Shown in pieces: positions 12,107-26,000 of a stretch of DNA of 64,000 nucleotides. The notes under the pieces are model-generated. The model was given only the letters and a program-made list of their open reading frames with translations, was not told the DNA's origin and did not search any database. This stretch comes from Macrostomum lignano (taxonomy: Eukaryota). The stretch is taken from assembly GCA_002269645.1 (NCBI GenBank), contig NIVC01000363.1, positions 62,001-126,000 on the forward strand, read 5' to 3'. Made by a program: the position numbers and the translations under genes. Position 1 is the stretch's first letter, and each line of letters starts with the position of its first letter.

Positions 12107-12935
12107 AGACATGAAAGGGGTCATGGAAAAATTAAATGCAGCTATAATGCTGTGCTGGGGAGAAAAACTGAGACGTCAAGGCTCTCAGAGAATAACTGAG
12201 ATTACGGGGGGGGGTTCTGAGATGTCAAAGCAAAAGTCAGAAGCTAATTCAAAGTTCATGTACTTTACTCAATTTTTTTTATTGCATTCTTTGTTGGCTC
12301 GCCACGGGGGGCGCTGATAGAAGAAGAGTCATGTAAAAAATAAAAGTAGCACTATGTATACATAAAAGAAAAGTCATGTCGAAGTTAAAAGATTCATTTG
12401 GGAATTGCTACGATGTCAAAGCTAGGTGGAAATTGTTATAGTGCTGTGATTCTTAAAGAAGGAATCACTAAAATGTCAAGGCTTAGGGGAGAAGAATTGC
12501 TGAGATTTCAAGGCTTTATGTTGGGTTAAAGTTAGGTTTAGGTCAGGTGTGGGTTGAGGGTTATATTTTATCGAGTTTCAAGGTTAGCAGGGGATTTTTC
12601 AGATTTCAAGGTTTATGGGCGCCATCGCTGACATGTTAAGGCTTACGGGGGAATAGCTGAGATGTCAAGGCTCACGGGGGTATAAATGAGATTTCAAGGC
12701 TAAAGTCAGAAGCTACATGTAGTTTATTGAAAACTTTTTATTACATTATTTGATGCCTCCTCAGGGGAGGGATCGCTGATTAAAAAAGCGTAATGTAAAA
12801 AATAAAAGAAGCTTCATGTTGAAGTTAAGATATTCATTTGGGAATCCCTACGATGTCGAGGCTTGCAGGGAATCGCTATAATGCTGTAGTAGTGCTATAA
12901 TGACTCTTAGAGAGAATTACTGAAATTTCAATGCT

Positions 12936-12991
12936 TTAGGGTTAGGTTAGGGTTAGGGTTAGGGTTAGGGTTAGGCTAGGGTTAGGGTTAG
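12936..12991 (+). repeat. Short interstitial (TTAGGG)n tract inside Helitron B
   Basis: About 9 imperfect TTAGGG units. Confidence 0.85.
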
Positions 12992-13604
12992 AAGGTTGAC
13001 AGATATTTTTAGATTTCCAAGGCTTATTGGGGGCATGGCTGAGATGTCAAGGGGGGAAGTTGATATGTTAAAGCTTGTGGGGGGGAATTACTGACATGTC
13101 AAGGCTTACAAGGTTTGATAGGAGATTTTTTAAGATTTCAAGGATACATGTAGCTTATTAAAAAAACGTGTATTGCATTTCTTTGGCTCCCCAACGGGGG
13201 GCGTAGATTGCTAGTAAGTACAAAACATGTTTCCTTTTAAAATAGATATGGAGATACATTACATATTAAAGAGTTTTTGTTTTTGTTCAGTGTAAAATAA
13301 CTTTAAATAAATTTTATTATAGGGCCTGTTTATTGCTTTGGGGCTAGATTCTTTACTAGGGCTTATCTTTGTAGGTTAATTATAGGTTTCCTTATCCTTA
13401 ATATTTTGGACTTAGAGCTACTATATGGCCTCTCACATTTGCCAGAATAACTCTCACACACAGGCCCAGTCTTGGCAGTCTATAGCATCTCATAGCTCCC
13501 TCTTGGTTAAATAATGCATAACCAACTAGTTTTAGTATTAAGTTTTTAATTTGTTAACTCCGAACTAGTCTTCAATCTCAATTAAGGGGCCTAGCCTATC
13601 AGTA

Positions 13605-14995
13605 TCTTAACACTAAAAGTGGTGCGATGTTTGTTTGTGTGTTGCAATTTTTCTCCTAGACTACTGGCAAGTCAGCGTTGAAACTTATATGGGAAAACTG
13701 CAAATTTTCCGGATTGGGTTTATAGCTATTTTACTCTTTCATTTTTACATTTTAAGATCCCTAAAAAAGCAGAAAACTGTTTTTTTAACCCTCAATAACC
13801 TTCTTTGGCCACTCTGCCTGGAGCTGCAGCCAGTTTGTAAAAATAGCCACCCCAACCTCCGCCCGCGGGTCGCTGTGTTTTTGGGGGGGGGGGGTGAGTG
13901 CGCGTGTTCCGCGTTCAATGCAAACCCCCCCCCGCGTGTTAGGGGTTCAATTAAATTTAACGATTCCCCCCGGAATGGGGGGTTGGGCTTGGGCTGAGTG
14001 TACATAGAAGTTGTACAGTGTAAGGAGATAGCTAGGACTGTGTCGAGATTTAATTGGTTTTATTATCGGCGCCATTCAATAGGCAGCCATGTGTATTTGC
14101 TGGGCAGTAAAATTCATTGAATAAACTTGCGAGCCTCTTTAGCAGGCAGTGAACGTACACTCGATACTTCAATGCTTTAAATCAGGAAATTTCAAACGCT
14201 AACTGTTCCTCAAGTTTTACACTTTCAGAGGAGAGACTTACATTGCTGGAAAGATCTTGCAACGCTGAGTTCGGGGATATAAGTTGTTTGCTTTAAATGT
14301 GAAAACAAAAAGCACAGCATTTAAAAAACGACTTCCATACTTTTAACTTTCTGCAGTGTTACTCATTTTGGAGTTCAATGGGGGTTCGACCAACCCCCGA
14401 ACAGTTGGTGGGAGGGGAGGGGCGGTTCAACTTTTAATTGCCACTGCGGAAGGGGGTCAGTCGCTGTGTATTGAAGGGTTGATTTAGTTTGCGCAATCTT
14501 TTTGTTAACTTTTACCGAGACTGATACTGACTGACTGTGAAATCGGTTGCGCATTCAATGAATTTAATTGGTTCAATTTTTTATCGGCGCCTTTCAACAC
14601 GCTGCTGCGTTGTAGCTCTAACCCTAACCCTAACCCTAACCACTAAATCCTGAGAGTTGATTCTTTTTGACGGAGAAAATTTCGATTCAGTCCAGTTTTA
14701 AGGAGAGAATTTCTGTTTCGCGGAGACGATTTTGATGGATGTCAGTTTCACGCAGAGGATTTCCATGAAGTCCAGTTTAACGGAGAGGATTTCTGTTTCT
14801 CGGAGAGGATTTTGATGAATGTCAGTTTCACGGAGAGGTTTTTGATGGAGTTATCTTTTACGGAGAGGATTTCGATGATGTTCAGTTTCGCGGAGAGGAG
14901 TTGGATGATGGGATTCAGGGAATGGCATTTCAGGGAATGGAGTTCCGGTGATGGGAATTCTTCCCCTTTCTCCTCCAGAGGAGGAGTTGGCCTCG
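13605..14995 (+). mobile_element. Non-autonomous Helitron C, copy 1 (1.39 kb)
   Basis: A|TCTTAACACTAAAAGTGG 5' end with GTTTGTTTG; 3' hairpin CTCCTC-CA-GAGGAG followed by CTCG; internal block 14470-14560 resembles 11210-11270; contains (TAACCC)n at 14618-14642 and degenerate 28-29-bp repeats at 14650-14900. Confidence 0.8.
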
Positions 14996-16385
14996 TCTTA
15001 ATACTAAAAGTGGTGCGATGTTTGTTTGTGTGTTGCAATTTTTCTCCTAGACTACTGGCAAGTCAGCGTTGAAACTTATATGGGAAAACTGCAAATTTTC
15101 CGGATTGGGTTTATAGCTATTTTACTCTTTCATTTTTACATTTTAAGATCCCTAAAAAAGCAGAAAACTGTTTTTTTAACCCTCAATAACCTTCTTTGGC
15201 CACTCTGCCTGGGGCTGCAGCCAGTTTGTAAAAATAGCCACCCCAACCTCCGCCCGCGGGTCGCTGTGTTTTTGGGGGGGGGGGGTGAGTGCGCGTGTTC
15301 CGCGTTCAATGCAAACCCCCCCCCGCGTGTTAGGGGTTCAATTAAATTTAACGATTCCCCCGGAATGGGGGGTTGGGCTTGGGCTGAGTGTACATAGAAG
15401 TTGTACAGTGTAAGGAGATAGCTAGGACTGTGTCGAGATTTAATTGGTTTTATTATCGGCGCCATTCAATAGGCAGCCATGTGTATTTGCTGGGCAGTAA
15501 AATTCATTGAATAAACTTGCGAGCCTCTTTAGCAGGCAGTGAACGTACACTCGATACTTCAATGCTTTAAATCAGGAAATTTCAAACGCTAACTGTTCCT
15601 CAAGTTTTACACTTTCAGAGGAGAGACTTACATTGCTGGAAAGATCTTGCAACGCTGAGTTCGGGGATATAAGTTGTTTGCTTTAAATGTGAAAACAAAA
15701 AGCACAGCATTTAAAAAACGACTTCCATACTTTTAACTTTCTGCAGTGTTACTCATTTTGGAGTTCAATGGGGGTTCGACCAACCCCCGAACAGTTGGTG
15801 GGAGGGGAGGGGCGGTTCAACTTTTAATTGCCACTGCGGAAGGGGGTCAGTCGCTGTGTATTGAAGGGTTGATTTAGTTTGCGCAATCTTTTTGTTAACT
15901 TTTACCGAGACTGATACTGACTGACTGTGAAATCGGTTGCGCATTCAATGAATTTAATTGGTTCAATTTTTTATCGGCGCCTTTCAACACGCTGCTGCGT
16001 TGTAGCTCTAACCCTAACCCTAACCCTAACCACTAAATCCTGAGAGTTGATTCTTTTTGACGGAGAAAATTTCGATTCAGTCCAGTTTTAAGGAGAGAAT
16101 TTCTGTTTCGCGGAGACGATTTTGATGGATGTCAGTTTCACGCAGAGGATTTCCATGAAGTCCAGTTTAACGGAGAGGATTTCTGTTTCTCGGAGAGGAT
16201 TTTGATGAATGTCAGTTTCACGGAGAGGTTTTTGATGGAGTTATCTTTTACGGAGAGGATTTCGATGATGTTCAGTTTCGCGGAGAGGAGTTGGATGATG
16301 GGATTCAGGGAATGGCATTTCAGGGAATGGAGTTCCGGTGATGGGAATTCTTCCCCTTTCTCCTCCAGAGGAGGAGTTGGCCTCG
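14996..16385 (+). mobile_element. Non-autonomous Helitron C, copy 2 (head-to-tail, near-identical to copy 1)
   Basis: Junction CCTCG|TCTTAATACTAAAAG; only a few substitutions and homopolymer-length differences from 13605-14995. Confidence 0.8.
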
Positions 16386-16917
16386 TTCCAATATACTAAA
16401 AATGGTCTGTCTGTGTGTGCGTGTGTGTGTGTGATCGATTTTAGCAAAAACGGCTGAACCGATTTTCTTCGAACCTGCACTGTTCGATCAGAAATTATTC
16501 CGTGACGGTACATGCATCGTGGCTAAGAAATTGCTCGATGCTAAAAGGATTAAATATTCGAAAAACATGCTTTTTTGCAAAGGTCAAGCATCGAAATGCA
16601 TTGTAAGAATGCTAGCAGAAAAACTGACTGGTTGAATTCTGATTCTAAAATAGATTGCATCACAATACACTTTATTTATCGTCTGTGTACTGGCTGAATT
16701 TGACACTCAATTGAATTGCGTCACAGCTTTGAGTGTGAAAGCATAGTGCAGTACTGAATTTATATTACGTAACCATATTGTAAACTTTCATAGACACTGG
16801 TACTGACTTGCCTAAGAAATTGATTATGTCATAACTGCTTCGTGAGACTTTTTACTCTACCTGACTTGGTGTGAGTGTTGAATTATATAAGTGGTACAAC
16901 ATCACTGATAACTTCGA

Positions 16918-16978
16918 TGAGAGCTAGCCTAGAGCTGAACAGACCAGACTGCTAATGCAGCGACCTAGGTTCGAATCT
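16918..16978 (+). promoter_or_regulatory. tRNA-Ser(GCT)-like Pol III segment about 70 bp upstream of the satellite
   Basis: GAGCTAGCCTAGAG ... GACTGCTAAT ... GGTTCGAATC: A box, GCT anticodon loop and B box in tRNA-like spacing. Confidence 0.5.
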
Positions 16979-17050
16979 AAGTAGTTTAAAAGTAGTAGTG
17001 TAAAATTTTTTATTAAAATGTTTTATTAAAGGACTAAATAAAAACACTTA

Positions 17051-20000
17051 GATTACTGCACTCAATAAGCCAAGGATTATTGCTATTAATAAACCAAGGA
17101 CTACTGCACTCCATTAACCAAGGAATATTGCTCTTGGCAAACCAAGGATTACTGCACTCAAGAAGCCAAGGATTATTGCTATTAATAAACCAAGGATTAC
17201 TGCACTTGGAAAACCAAGGATTACTGCACTCGATAAACCAAGGACTATTGCTCTTGGCAAACCAAGGATTACTGCACTCAATAAGCCAAGGATTATTGCA
17301 CTTGGAAAACCAAGGATTACTGCACTCGATAAACCAAGGACTATTGCACTTGATAAACCAAGGATTATTGCACTTGATAGGCCAAGGATTACTGCACTTG
17401 ATAAACCAAAAATTATTGCACTTGATAAACAAATATTGCACTTGATAGTAAAGAATGTTGCACTTGATAAGCCAAGGATTAATGCACTGGATTATTCAAG
17501 GATTATTGCTATTAATAAACCAAGGACTACTGCACTCGATAAGCCAAGGATTATTGCTCTTAATAAACCAGGGATTACTGCACTTGGAAAACTAAGGATT
17601 ACTGCACTCGATAAACCAAGGATTATTGCTCTTGGCAAACCAAGGATTACTGCACTTGATAAACCAAGGATTATAGCACTTGATAAACCAAGGATTATTG
17701 CACTTGATAAGCCAAGGATTATTGCACTTGATATGCCAAGGATTACTGCGCTTGATAAACCAAGGATTATTGCACTTGATAAACCAAGGATTACTGCACT
17801 TGATAAACCAAGGATTATTGCACTTGATAGGCCAAAGATTACTGCGCTTGATAAACCAAGGATTATTGCACTTGATAAACCAAGGATTATTGCACTTGAT
17901 AAACCAAGGATTATTGCACTTAATAAACCAAAGATTATTGCACTTGATAAACCAAGGATTATTGCACTTGATAGGCCAAGGATTACTGCACTTGATAAAC
18001 CAAGGATTATTGCACTTGATAGGCCAAGTATTACTGCACTAGATAAACCAAGGATTGTTGCACTTGATAGGCCAAAGATTACTGCGCTTGATAAACGAAG
18101 GATTATTGCACTTGATAAACCAAGGATTATTGCACTTGATAAACCAAGGATTATTGCACTTGATAAACCAAGGATTATTGCACTTGATAAACCAAGGATT
18201 ATTGCACTTGATAAGCCAAGGATTATTGCACTTGATAAACGAAGGATTATTTCACTTGATAAACCAAGGATTATTTCACTTGATAAACCAAGGATTATTG
18301 CACTTGATAAACCAAGGATTATTTCACTTGATAAACCAAGGATTGTTGCACTTGATAAACAAATATTGCACTTGATAAACCAAGGATTATTGCACTTGAT
18401 AAACCAAGGATTACTGCGCTTGATAAACCAAGGATTACTGCGCTTGATAAACCAAGGATTATTGCACTTGATAAACCAAGGATTATTGCAGTTGATAAGC
18501 CAAGGATTATTGCACTTGATAAACCAAGGATTATTGCACTTGATAAACCAAGGATTATTGCACTTGATAAGCTAAGGATTACTGCACTTGATAAACCAAG
18601 GATTATTTCTCTTGATAAACCAAGGATTATTTCACTTGATAAACCAAAGATTATTGCACTTGATAAACCAAGGATTTTTTCACTTGATAAACCAAGGATT
18701 ATTGCACTTGATAAACAAATATTGCACTTGATAAACCAAGGATTATTGCACTTGATAAACCAAGGATTATTGCACTTGATAAACCAAGGATTACTGCGCT
18801 TGATAAACCAAGGATTATTGCACTTGATAAACCAAGGATTATTGCAGTTGATAAGCCAAGGAATATTGCACTTGATAAACCAAGGATTATTTCACTTGAT
18901 AAACCAAGGATTATTGCACTTGATAGGCCAAGGATTACTGCACTTGATAAACCAAGGATTATTGCACTTGATAAGCCAAGGACTACTGCGCTAGATAAAC
19001 CAAGGATTATTGCACTTGATAAACCAAGGATTATTGCACTTAATAAACCAAGGATTATTGAACTTGATAAACCAAGGATTATTGCACTTAATAAACCAAG
19101 GACTATTGCACTTGATAAACCAAGGATTATTGCACTTGATAGGCCAAAGATTACTGCGCTTGATAAACCAAGGATTATTGCACTTGATAAACCAAGGATT
19201 ATTGCACTTGATAAACCAAGGATTATTGCACTTGATAAACCAAGGATTATTGCACTTGATAAACCAAGGATTATTGCACTTAATAAACCAAAGATTATTG
19301 CACTTGATAAACCAAGGATTATTGCACTTGATAGGCCAAGGATTACTGCACTTGATAAACCAAGGATTATTGCACTTGATAGGCCAAGTATTACTGCACT
19401 TGATAAACCAAGGATTGTTGCACTTGATAGGCCAAAGATTACTGCGCTTGATAAACCAAGGATTATTGCACTTGATAAACCAAGGATTATTGCACTTGAT
19501 AAACCAAGGATTATTGCACTTGATAAACCAAGGATTATTGCACTTGATAAACCAAGGATTATTGCACTTGTCAAGCCAAGGATTATTGCACTTGATAAAC
19601 GAAGGATTATTTCACTTGATAAACCAAGGATTATTTCACTTGATAAACCAAGGATTATTGCACTTGATAAACCAAGGATTATTTCACTTGATAAACCAAG
19701 GATTATTGCACTTGATAAACAAATATTGCACTTGATAAACCAAGGATTATTGCACTTGATAAACCAAGGATTACTGCGCTTGATAAACCAAGGATTACTG
19801 CGCTTGATAAACCAAGGATTATTGCACTTGATAAACCAAGGATTATTGCAGTTGATAAGCCAAGGATTATTGCACTTGATAAACCAAGGATTATTGCACT
19901 TGATAAACCAAGGATTATTGCACTTGATAAGCCAAGGATTACTGCACTTGATAAACCAAGGATTATTTCTCTTGATAAACCAAGGATTATTTCACTTGAT

Positions 20001-23000
20001 AAACCAAAGATTATTGCACTTGATAAACCAAGGAATTTTTCACTTGATAAACCAAGGATTATTGCACTTGATAAACAAATATTGCACTTGATAAACCAAG
20101 GATTATTGCACTTGATAAACCAAGGATTATTGCACTTGATAAACCAAGGATTATTGCACTTGATAAACCAAGGATTATTGCACTTGATAAACCAAGGATT
20201 ATTGCAGTTGATAAGCCAAGGAATATTGCACTTGATAAACCAAGGATTATTTCACTTGATAAACCAAGGATTATTGCACTTGATAGGCCAAGGATTACTG
20301 CACTTGATAAACCAAGGATTATTGCACTTGATAAGCCAAGGACTACTGCGCTAGATAAACCAAGGATTATTGCACTTGATAAACCAAGGATTATTGCACT
20401 TAATAAACCAAGGATTATTGCACTTAATAAACCAAGGATTATTGCACTTGATAGGCCAAGGATTACTGCACTTGATAAACCAAGGATTATTGCACTTGAT
20501 AGGCCAAAGATTACTGCGCTTGATAAACCAAGGATTATTGCACTTGATAAACCAAGGATTATTGCACTTGATAAACCAAGGATTATTGCACTTGATAAAC
20601 CAAGGACTATTGCACTTGATAAACCAAGGATTATTGCACTTAATAAACCAAAGATTATTGCACTTGATAAACCAAGGATTATTGCACTTGATAGGCCAAG
20701 GATTACTGCACTTGATAAACCAAGGATTATTGCACTTGATAGGCCAAGTATTACTGCACTTGATAAACCAAGGATTGTTGCACTTGATAGGCCAAAGATT
20801 ACTGCGCTTGATAAACCAAGGATTATTGCACTTGATAAACCAAGGATTATTGCACTTGATAAACCAAGGATTATTGCACTTGATAAACCAAGGATTATTG
20901 CACTTGATAAACCAAGGATTATTGCACTTGATAAGCCAAGGATTATTGCACTTGATAAACGAAGGATTATTTCACTTGATAAACCAAGGATTATTTCACT
21001 TGATAAACCAAGGATTATTGCACTTGATAAACCAAGGATTATTTCACTTGATAAACCAAGGATTATTGCACTTGATAAACAAATATTGCACTTGATAAAC
21101 CAAGGATTATTGCACTTGATAAACCAAGGATTACTGCGCTTGATAAACCAAGGATTACTGCGCTTGATAAACCAAGGATTATTGCACTTGATAAACCAAG
21201 GATTATTGCAGTTGATAAGCCAAGGATTATTGCACTTGATAAACCAAGGATTATTGCACTTGATAAACCAAGGATTATTGCACTTGATAAGCCAAGGATT
21301 ACTGCACTTGATAAACCAAGGATTATTTCTCTTGATAAACCAAGGATTATTTCACTTGATAAACCAAAGATTATTGCACTTGATAAACCAAGGATTTTTT
21401 CACTTGATAAACCAAGGATTATTGCACTTGATAAACAAATATTGCACTTGATAAACCAAGGATTATTGCACTTGATAAACCAAGGATTATTGCACTTGAT
21501 AAACCAAGGATTACTGCGCTTGATAAACCAAGGATTATTGCACTTGATAAACCAAGGATTATTGCAGTTGATAAGCCAAGGAATATTGCACTTGATAAAC
21601 CAAGGATTATTGCACTTGATAAACCAAGGATTATTGCACTTGATAGGCCAAGGATTACTGCACTTGATAAACCAAGGATTATTGCACTTGATAAGCCAAG
21701 GACTACTGCGCTAGATAAACCAAGGATTATTGCACTTGATAAACCAAGGATTATTGCATCTAATAAACCAAGGATTATTGCACTTGATAAACCAAGGATT
21801 ATTGCACTTAATAAACCAAGGACTATTGCACTTGATAAACCAAGGATTATTGCACTTGATAGGCCAAAGATTACTGCGCTTGATAAACCAAGGATTATTG
21901 CACTTGATAAACCAAGGATTATTGCACTTGATAAACCAAGGATTATTGCACTTGATAAACCAAGGATTATTGCACTTGATAAACCAACGATTATTGCACT
22001 TAATAAACCAAATATTATTGCACTTGATAAACCAAGGATTATTGCACTTGATAGGCCAAGGATTACTGCACTTGATAAACCAAGGATTATTGCACTTATA
22101 GGCCAAGTATTACTGCACTTGATAAACCAAGAATTGTTGCACTTGATAGGCCAAAGATTACTGCGCTTGATAAACCAAGGATTATTGCACTTGATAAACC
22201 AAGGATTATTGCACTTGATAAACCAAGGATTATTGCACTTGATAAACCAAGGATTATTGCACTTGATAAACCAAGGATTATTGCACTTGATAAGCCAAGG
22301 ATTATTGCACTTGATAAACGAAGGATTATTTCACTTGATAAACCAAGGATTATTTCACTTGATAAACCAAGGATTATTGCACTTGATAAACCAAGGATTA
22401 TTTCACTTGATAAACCAAGGATTATTGCACTTGATAAACAAATATTGCACTTGATAAACCAAGGATTATTGCACTTGATAAACCAAGGATTACTGCGCTT
22501 GATAAACCAAGGATTACTGCGCTTGATAAACCAAGGATTATTGCACTTGATAAACCAAGGATTATTGCAGTTGATAAGCCAAGGATTATTGCACTTGATA
22601 AACCAAGGATTATTGCACTTGATAAACCAAGGATTATTGCACTTGATAAGCCAAGGATTACTGCACTTGATAAACCAAGGATTATTTCTCTTGAAAAACC
22701 AAGGATTATTTCACTTGATAAACCAAAGATTATTGCACTTGATAAACCAAGGAATTTTTCACTTGATAAACCAAGGATTATTGCACTTGATAAACAAATA
22801 TTGCACTTGATAAACCAAGGATTATTGCACTTGATAAACCAAGGATTATTGCACTTGATAAACCAAGGATTACTGCGCTTGATAAACCAAGGATTATTGC
22901 ACTTGATAAACCAAGGATTATTGCAGTTGATAAGCCAAGGAATATTGCACTTGATAAACCAAGGATTATTTCACTTGATAAACCAAGGATTATTGCACTT

Positions 23001-26000
23001 GATAGGCCAAGGATTACTGCACTTGATAAACCAAGGATTATTGCACTTGATAAGCCAAGGACTACTGCGCTAGATAAACCAAGGATTATTGCACTTGATA
23101 AACCAAGGATTATTGCACTTGATAGGCCAAAGATTACTGCGCTTGATAAACCAAGGATTATTGCACTTGATAAACCAAGGATTATTGCACTTGATAAACC
23201 AAGGATTATTGCACTTGATAAACCAAGGATTATTGCACTTGATAAACCAAGGATTATTGCACTTATTAAACCAAAGATTATTGCACTTGATAAACCAAGG
23301 CTTATTGCACTTGATAGGCCAAGGATTACTGCACTTGATAAACCAAGGATTATTGCACTTGATAGGCCAAGGATTACTGCACTTGATAAACCAAGGATTA
23401 TTGCACTTGATAGGCCAAAGATTACTGCGCTTGATAAACCAAGGAATTTTGCATTTGATAAACCAAGGATTATTGCACTTGATAAACCAAGGATTATTGC
23501 ACTTGATAAACCAAGGATTATTGCACTTGATAAACCAAGGATTATTGCACTTGATAAACCAAGGATTATTGCACTTGTTAAACCAAGGATTATTGCACTT
23601 GATAAACCAATGATTATTGCACTTGATAAACCAAGGATTATTGCACTTGATAAACAAAGGATTATTTCACTTGATAAACCAAGGATTATTGCACTTGATA
23701 AGCCAAGGATTACAGCGCTTGATAAGCCATGGATTATTGCACTTGATAGTAAAGAATGTTGCACTTGATAAGCCAGAGATTAATGTACTGGATTATTCAA
23801 GGATTATTGCTATTAATAAACCAAGGACTACTGCACTCGATAAACCAAGGACTATTGCTCTTGGCAAACCAAGGATTACTGCACTCAAGAAGCCAAGGAT
23901 TATTGCTATTAATAAACCAAGGATTACTGCACTTGGAAAACCAAGGATTACTGCACTCGATAAACCAAGGACTATTGCTCTTGGCAAACAAAGGATTACT
24001 GCACTCAATAAGCCAAGGATTATTGCACTTGGAAAACCAAGGATTACTGCACTCGATAAACCAAGGACTATTGCACTTGATAAACCAAGGATTATTGCAC
24101 TTGATAGGCCAAGGATTACTGCACTTGATAAACCAAGGATTATTGCACTTGATAGGCCAAAGATTACTGCGCTTGATAAACCAAGGACTATTGCTCTTGG
24201 CAAACCAAGGATTACTGCACTCAATAAGCCAAGGATTATTGCACTTGGAAAACCAAGGATTACTGCACTCGATAAACCAAGGACTATTGCACTTGATAAA
24301 CCAAGGATTATTGCACTTGATAGGCCAAAGATTACTGCGCTTGATAAACCAAGGACTATTGCTCTTGGCAAACCAAGGATTACTGCACTCAATAAGCCAA
24401 GGATTATTGCACTTGGAAAACCAAGGATTACTGCACTCGATAAATCAAGGACTATTGCACTTGATAAACCAAAAATTATTGCACTTGATAAACAAATATT
24501 GCACTTGATAGTAAAGAATGTTGCACTTGATAAGCCAAGGATCATTGCACTGGATTATTCAAGGATTATTGCTATTAATAAACCAAGGACTACTGCACTC
24601 GATAAGCCAAGGATTATTGCTCTTAATAAACCAGGGATTACTGCACTTGGAAAACTAAGGATTACTGCACTCGATAAACCAAGGATTATTGCTCTTGGCA
24701 AACCAAGGATTACTGCACTTGATAAACCAAGGATTATAGCACTTGATAAACCAAGGATTATTGCACTTGATAAGCCAAGGATTATTGCACTTGATATGCC
24801 AAGGATTACTGCGCTTGATAAACCAAGGATTATTGCACTTGATAAACCAAGGATTATTGCACTTGATAAGCCAAGGATTACTGCACTTGATAAACCGAGG
24901 ATTATTGCACTTGATAGGCCAAAGATTACTGCGCTTGATAAACCAAGGATTATTGCACTTGATAAACCAAGGATTATTGCACTTGATAAACCAAGGATTA
25001 TTGCACTTGATAAACCAAGGATTATTGCACTTGATAAACCAAGGATTATTGCACTTAATAAACCAAAGATTATTGCACTTGATAAACCAAGGATTATTGC
25101 ACTTGATAGGCCAAGGATTACTGCACTTGATAAACCAAGGATTATTGCACTTGATAGGCCAAGTATTACTGCACTTGATAAACCAAGGATTGTTGCACTT
25201 GATAGGCCAAAGATTACTGCGCTTGATAAACCAAGGATTATTGCACTTGATAAACCAAGGATTATTGCACTTGATAAACCAAGGATTATTGCACTTGATA
25301 AACCAAGGATTATTGCACTTGATAAACCAAGGATTATTGCACTTGATAAGCCGAGGATTATTGCACTTGATAAACGAAGGATTATTTCACTTGATAAACC
25401 AAGGATTATTTCACTTGATAAACCAAGGATTATTGCACTTGATAAACCAAGGATTATTTCACTTGATAAACCAAGGATTATTGCACTTGATAAACAAATA
25501 TTGCACTTGATAAACCAAGGATTATTGCACTTGATAAACCAAGGATTATTGCACTTGATAAGCCAAGGATTATTGCACTTGATATGCCAAGGATTACTGC
25601 GCTTGATAAACCAAGGATTATTGCACTTGATAAACCAAGGATTATTGCACTTGATAGGCCAAGGATTACTGCACTTGATAAACCAAGGATTATTGCACTT
25701 GATAGGCCAAAGATTACTGCGCTTGATAAACCAAGGATTATTGCACTTGATAAACCAAGGATTATTGCACTTGATAAACCAAGGATTATTGCACTTGATA
25801 AACCAAGGATTATTGCACTTGATAAACCAAGGATTATTGCACTTAATAAACCAAAGATTATTGCACTTGATAAACCAAGGATTATTGCACTTGATAGGCC
25901 AAGGATTACTGCACTTGATAAACCAAGGATTATTGCACTTGATAGGCCAAGTATTACTGCACTTGATAAACCAAGGATTGTTGCACTTGATAGGCCAAAG

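Larger units (their letters stand above)
10857..13214 (+). mobile_element. Non-autonomous Helitron B (2.36 kb)
   Basis: Starts TCCTATATACTAAAAATG immediately after CTAG 10856; the first ~430 bp are homologous to 1028-1450; ends with hairpin CCCCAACGGGG and CTAG at 13211-13214, followed by T. Confidence 0.9.

Noticed and set aside
12936-12991. Telomere or chromosome-fusion site suggested by TTAGGG/TAACCC tracts (also 14618-14642 and 16008-16032)
   Set aside because: Only 4-9 imperfect units, internal to Helitron B and C and copied along with them.
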